NCBI RefSeq assembly: GCF_963506605.1
Contig: NC_083281.1
Span: 53,568,001-53,632,000 of the forward strand
Origin: Zootoca vivipara
Taxonomy: Eukaryota
Length of the DNA: 64,000 nt
Reading direction: 5' to 3'
Shown here: piece after piece, positions 62,408-64,000 of the stretch
How positions within the stretch are numbered: position 1 is the first letter of the stretch
Layout of the letters: each line of letters opens with the position of its first letter
Made by a program: the position numbers and the translations under genes
The notes under the pieces: generated by a model
Database searches by the model: none
What the model saw: the letters and a program-made list of their open reading frames with translations, nothing else
What the model was told of the DNA's origin: nothing

Positions 62408-62971
62408 TGTAATGGAGCTTTGCAGAGTTCATTAGATTAGAATAATGCAGAGGTAGCTACCATGGTGTCCCACCAGGAAGGAGGGCAAACAAATGTGTGT
62501 ATCTCTATATAGTGTTTTAAGACCCCCTTGGGGGGGGATATAAATAAATAAGGTGAATGGATGGCTTACCCCACTTTGTAATCAATACAAGGAATAGTTT
62601 TGCTTTGTTTTTAAGAAAAAGCTTCAGGCATTGCAGCAATAAAGAGAGAGGCTGGGAAAGAGACACAAAGCAGGAGCTATTAGTTTTTCCAGGGCAATTG
62701 CCCATGTTCTAAACCACTACTTTAATAGATCAAACATTGTGTTGCCTTTACAAATATATGAAAATTGACACAGCTACCATAAAGTTGTATACTTGGGGGA
62801 AAGTTTCATTTGGAGAGAAAAAATGAGTTTACTGTAGATCACCTCTCACTATCCACTCCTGTCAGGGGCCAGGATTCTGAAGCAGAAGGGGTAAGTCTTG
62901 CAGAGGACCCAGAGGACTCCATGGATGATTTTGGGTGGCCAGAGACTCCCTTGCTCAGTTGCAGTAAGTGA

Positions 62972-63705
62972 CTAATGGAAGTGAAAGGAAGAATAAATTT
63001 CACTTCTGACTCTTTCTCTCTCTCTCTTCTTATGTGGCAGTGCCTTCTTTTTGTCCCTGGTCTCTACCAGTGCATCTTCCCGCCCTTTCCCAAATAGCCT
63101 GCCTCCCTTGAAGGGGTTGTTGGCCAGGCTGGTCTTGGCTTTGGCACTCCCCTGCCACTGTTTTAGCCAGAGCTGCCTGCAGACCTCCCCGTCTGCTGCC
63201 ATGGACCTTGCTGCAAAGTGCAAGGCATTTGATGAGGCCACACAGGTGGAAGCCTTTGGCTAGCTTTGCTATTCCCTGCTGGGCATAGACAAACTCTGGT
63301 GGGACCTCTGTCTGAAGAGCCTGAGCTGCTCTGGCCATGAAGGAATCTGCAGCTGAGACCTTAATAACTAGGGCAGAAACTTCATGTGATCTGCACAACA
63401 AAACCTCTGCCCTTTCGTCCTCAGGGGTAACCCTGCTCACCTCTGGAAACCATGGATCCATGAGCGAGGGAACATATGGGGGCATCTACGAGAGGAACAC
63501 TCAGAAACCCCACTCCAGACTTATCAAATGGATATAGCCGCTTTATGAAAGAGCGTGTTGCCTTGGAGGCCCCAGGTGTCTGCCATTCCTGCAAGATGCT
63601 CTCCTTAAACTCCACTGGATGGAAAGGGGCGAAACCCTCTTGGGGGCCTAACACACATTGCCTGCTGCCTGGGGTTGGCTCCTTGGCTTCCTGGGCCTGC
63701 TCAGG
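62972..63705 (-). mobile_element. Decayed DIRS1-like retrotransposon gag (LAP2alpha-domain-like) fragment
   Basis: Three frameshifted segments: ILQEWQTPG..IKRLYP..LSVPLVDAPI / EDERAEVLLCRSHE..ADSFMARAA / ALHFAARSMAA..RQLWLKQWQ..KTSLANNPFKGGRLFG. The pattern is recalled from vertebrate DIRS1 ORF1. Confidence 0.78.
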
Positions 63706-64000
63706 GAGTTTAAATAGTAACAACTCACAAGTAAACATGGTGAGGATTATAACTTTAATAATACCTATTCTATGCAATATTTGTTTTGATATTTTGTTTC
63801 TTTTTAGAATTTTTGTTTTAAGAATAAACCCTACGTGTTTCAGCAAAATAAAATAAAAAGTCACTTTAAAACATCTTTAGAATGCATCCCCTTTTCTTTC
63901 TTTTTCTGGTCATTTCTTTGTGTGTGTGCCCCCCCCCTTTCCTTTAAGTAATTGAAGGATGGTTTTACTTGATGTCTATCTTGTTCCCCCCATGAGATTT

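Overview
Vertebrate genomic DNA, inferred to be from a lacertid lizard (Podarcis/Lacerta-type Sauria SINEs, BovB, squamate CR1, Penelope). The window lies inside a minus-strand type II classical cadherin gene, best matching CDH8. It contains two coding exons with canonical AG/GT sites and compatible phases: 38638-38932 (295 bp, most of EC1 plus the start of EC2) and 9186-9305 (120 bp, EC2; missed by the ORF track). Everything else is intron, with two assembly gaps, and is dense in transposable elements: CR1, L2, L1, BovB, Penelope, DIRS1-like gag, solo-LTR-like elements, Sauria/tRNA/CORE SINEs, and hAT and Tigger MITEs with clean TSDs. I found no evidence of a wholly new protein-coding system. 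The most notable features are: (1) two Penelope-associated minimal hammerhead ribozyme motifs, one in the sense orientation of the cadherin pre-mRNA and clamped inside a ~39-bp inverted repeat; (2) two retrotransposon 5' junctions carrying inverted target DNA; (3) a ~360-bp diverged palindrome; (4) an old duplication with a shared MITE/LINE junction on either side of the EC1 exon; (5) several candidate enhancers. Family names come from recalled consensus sequences, not database searches, and boundaries of old repeats are approximate.
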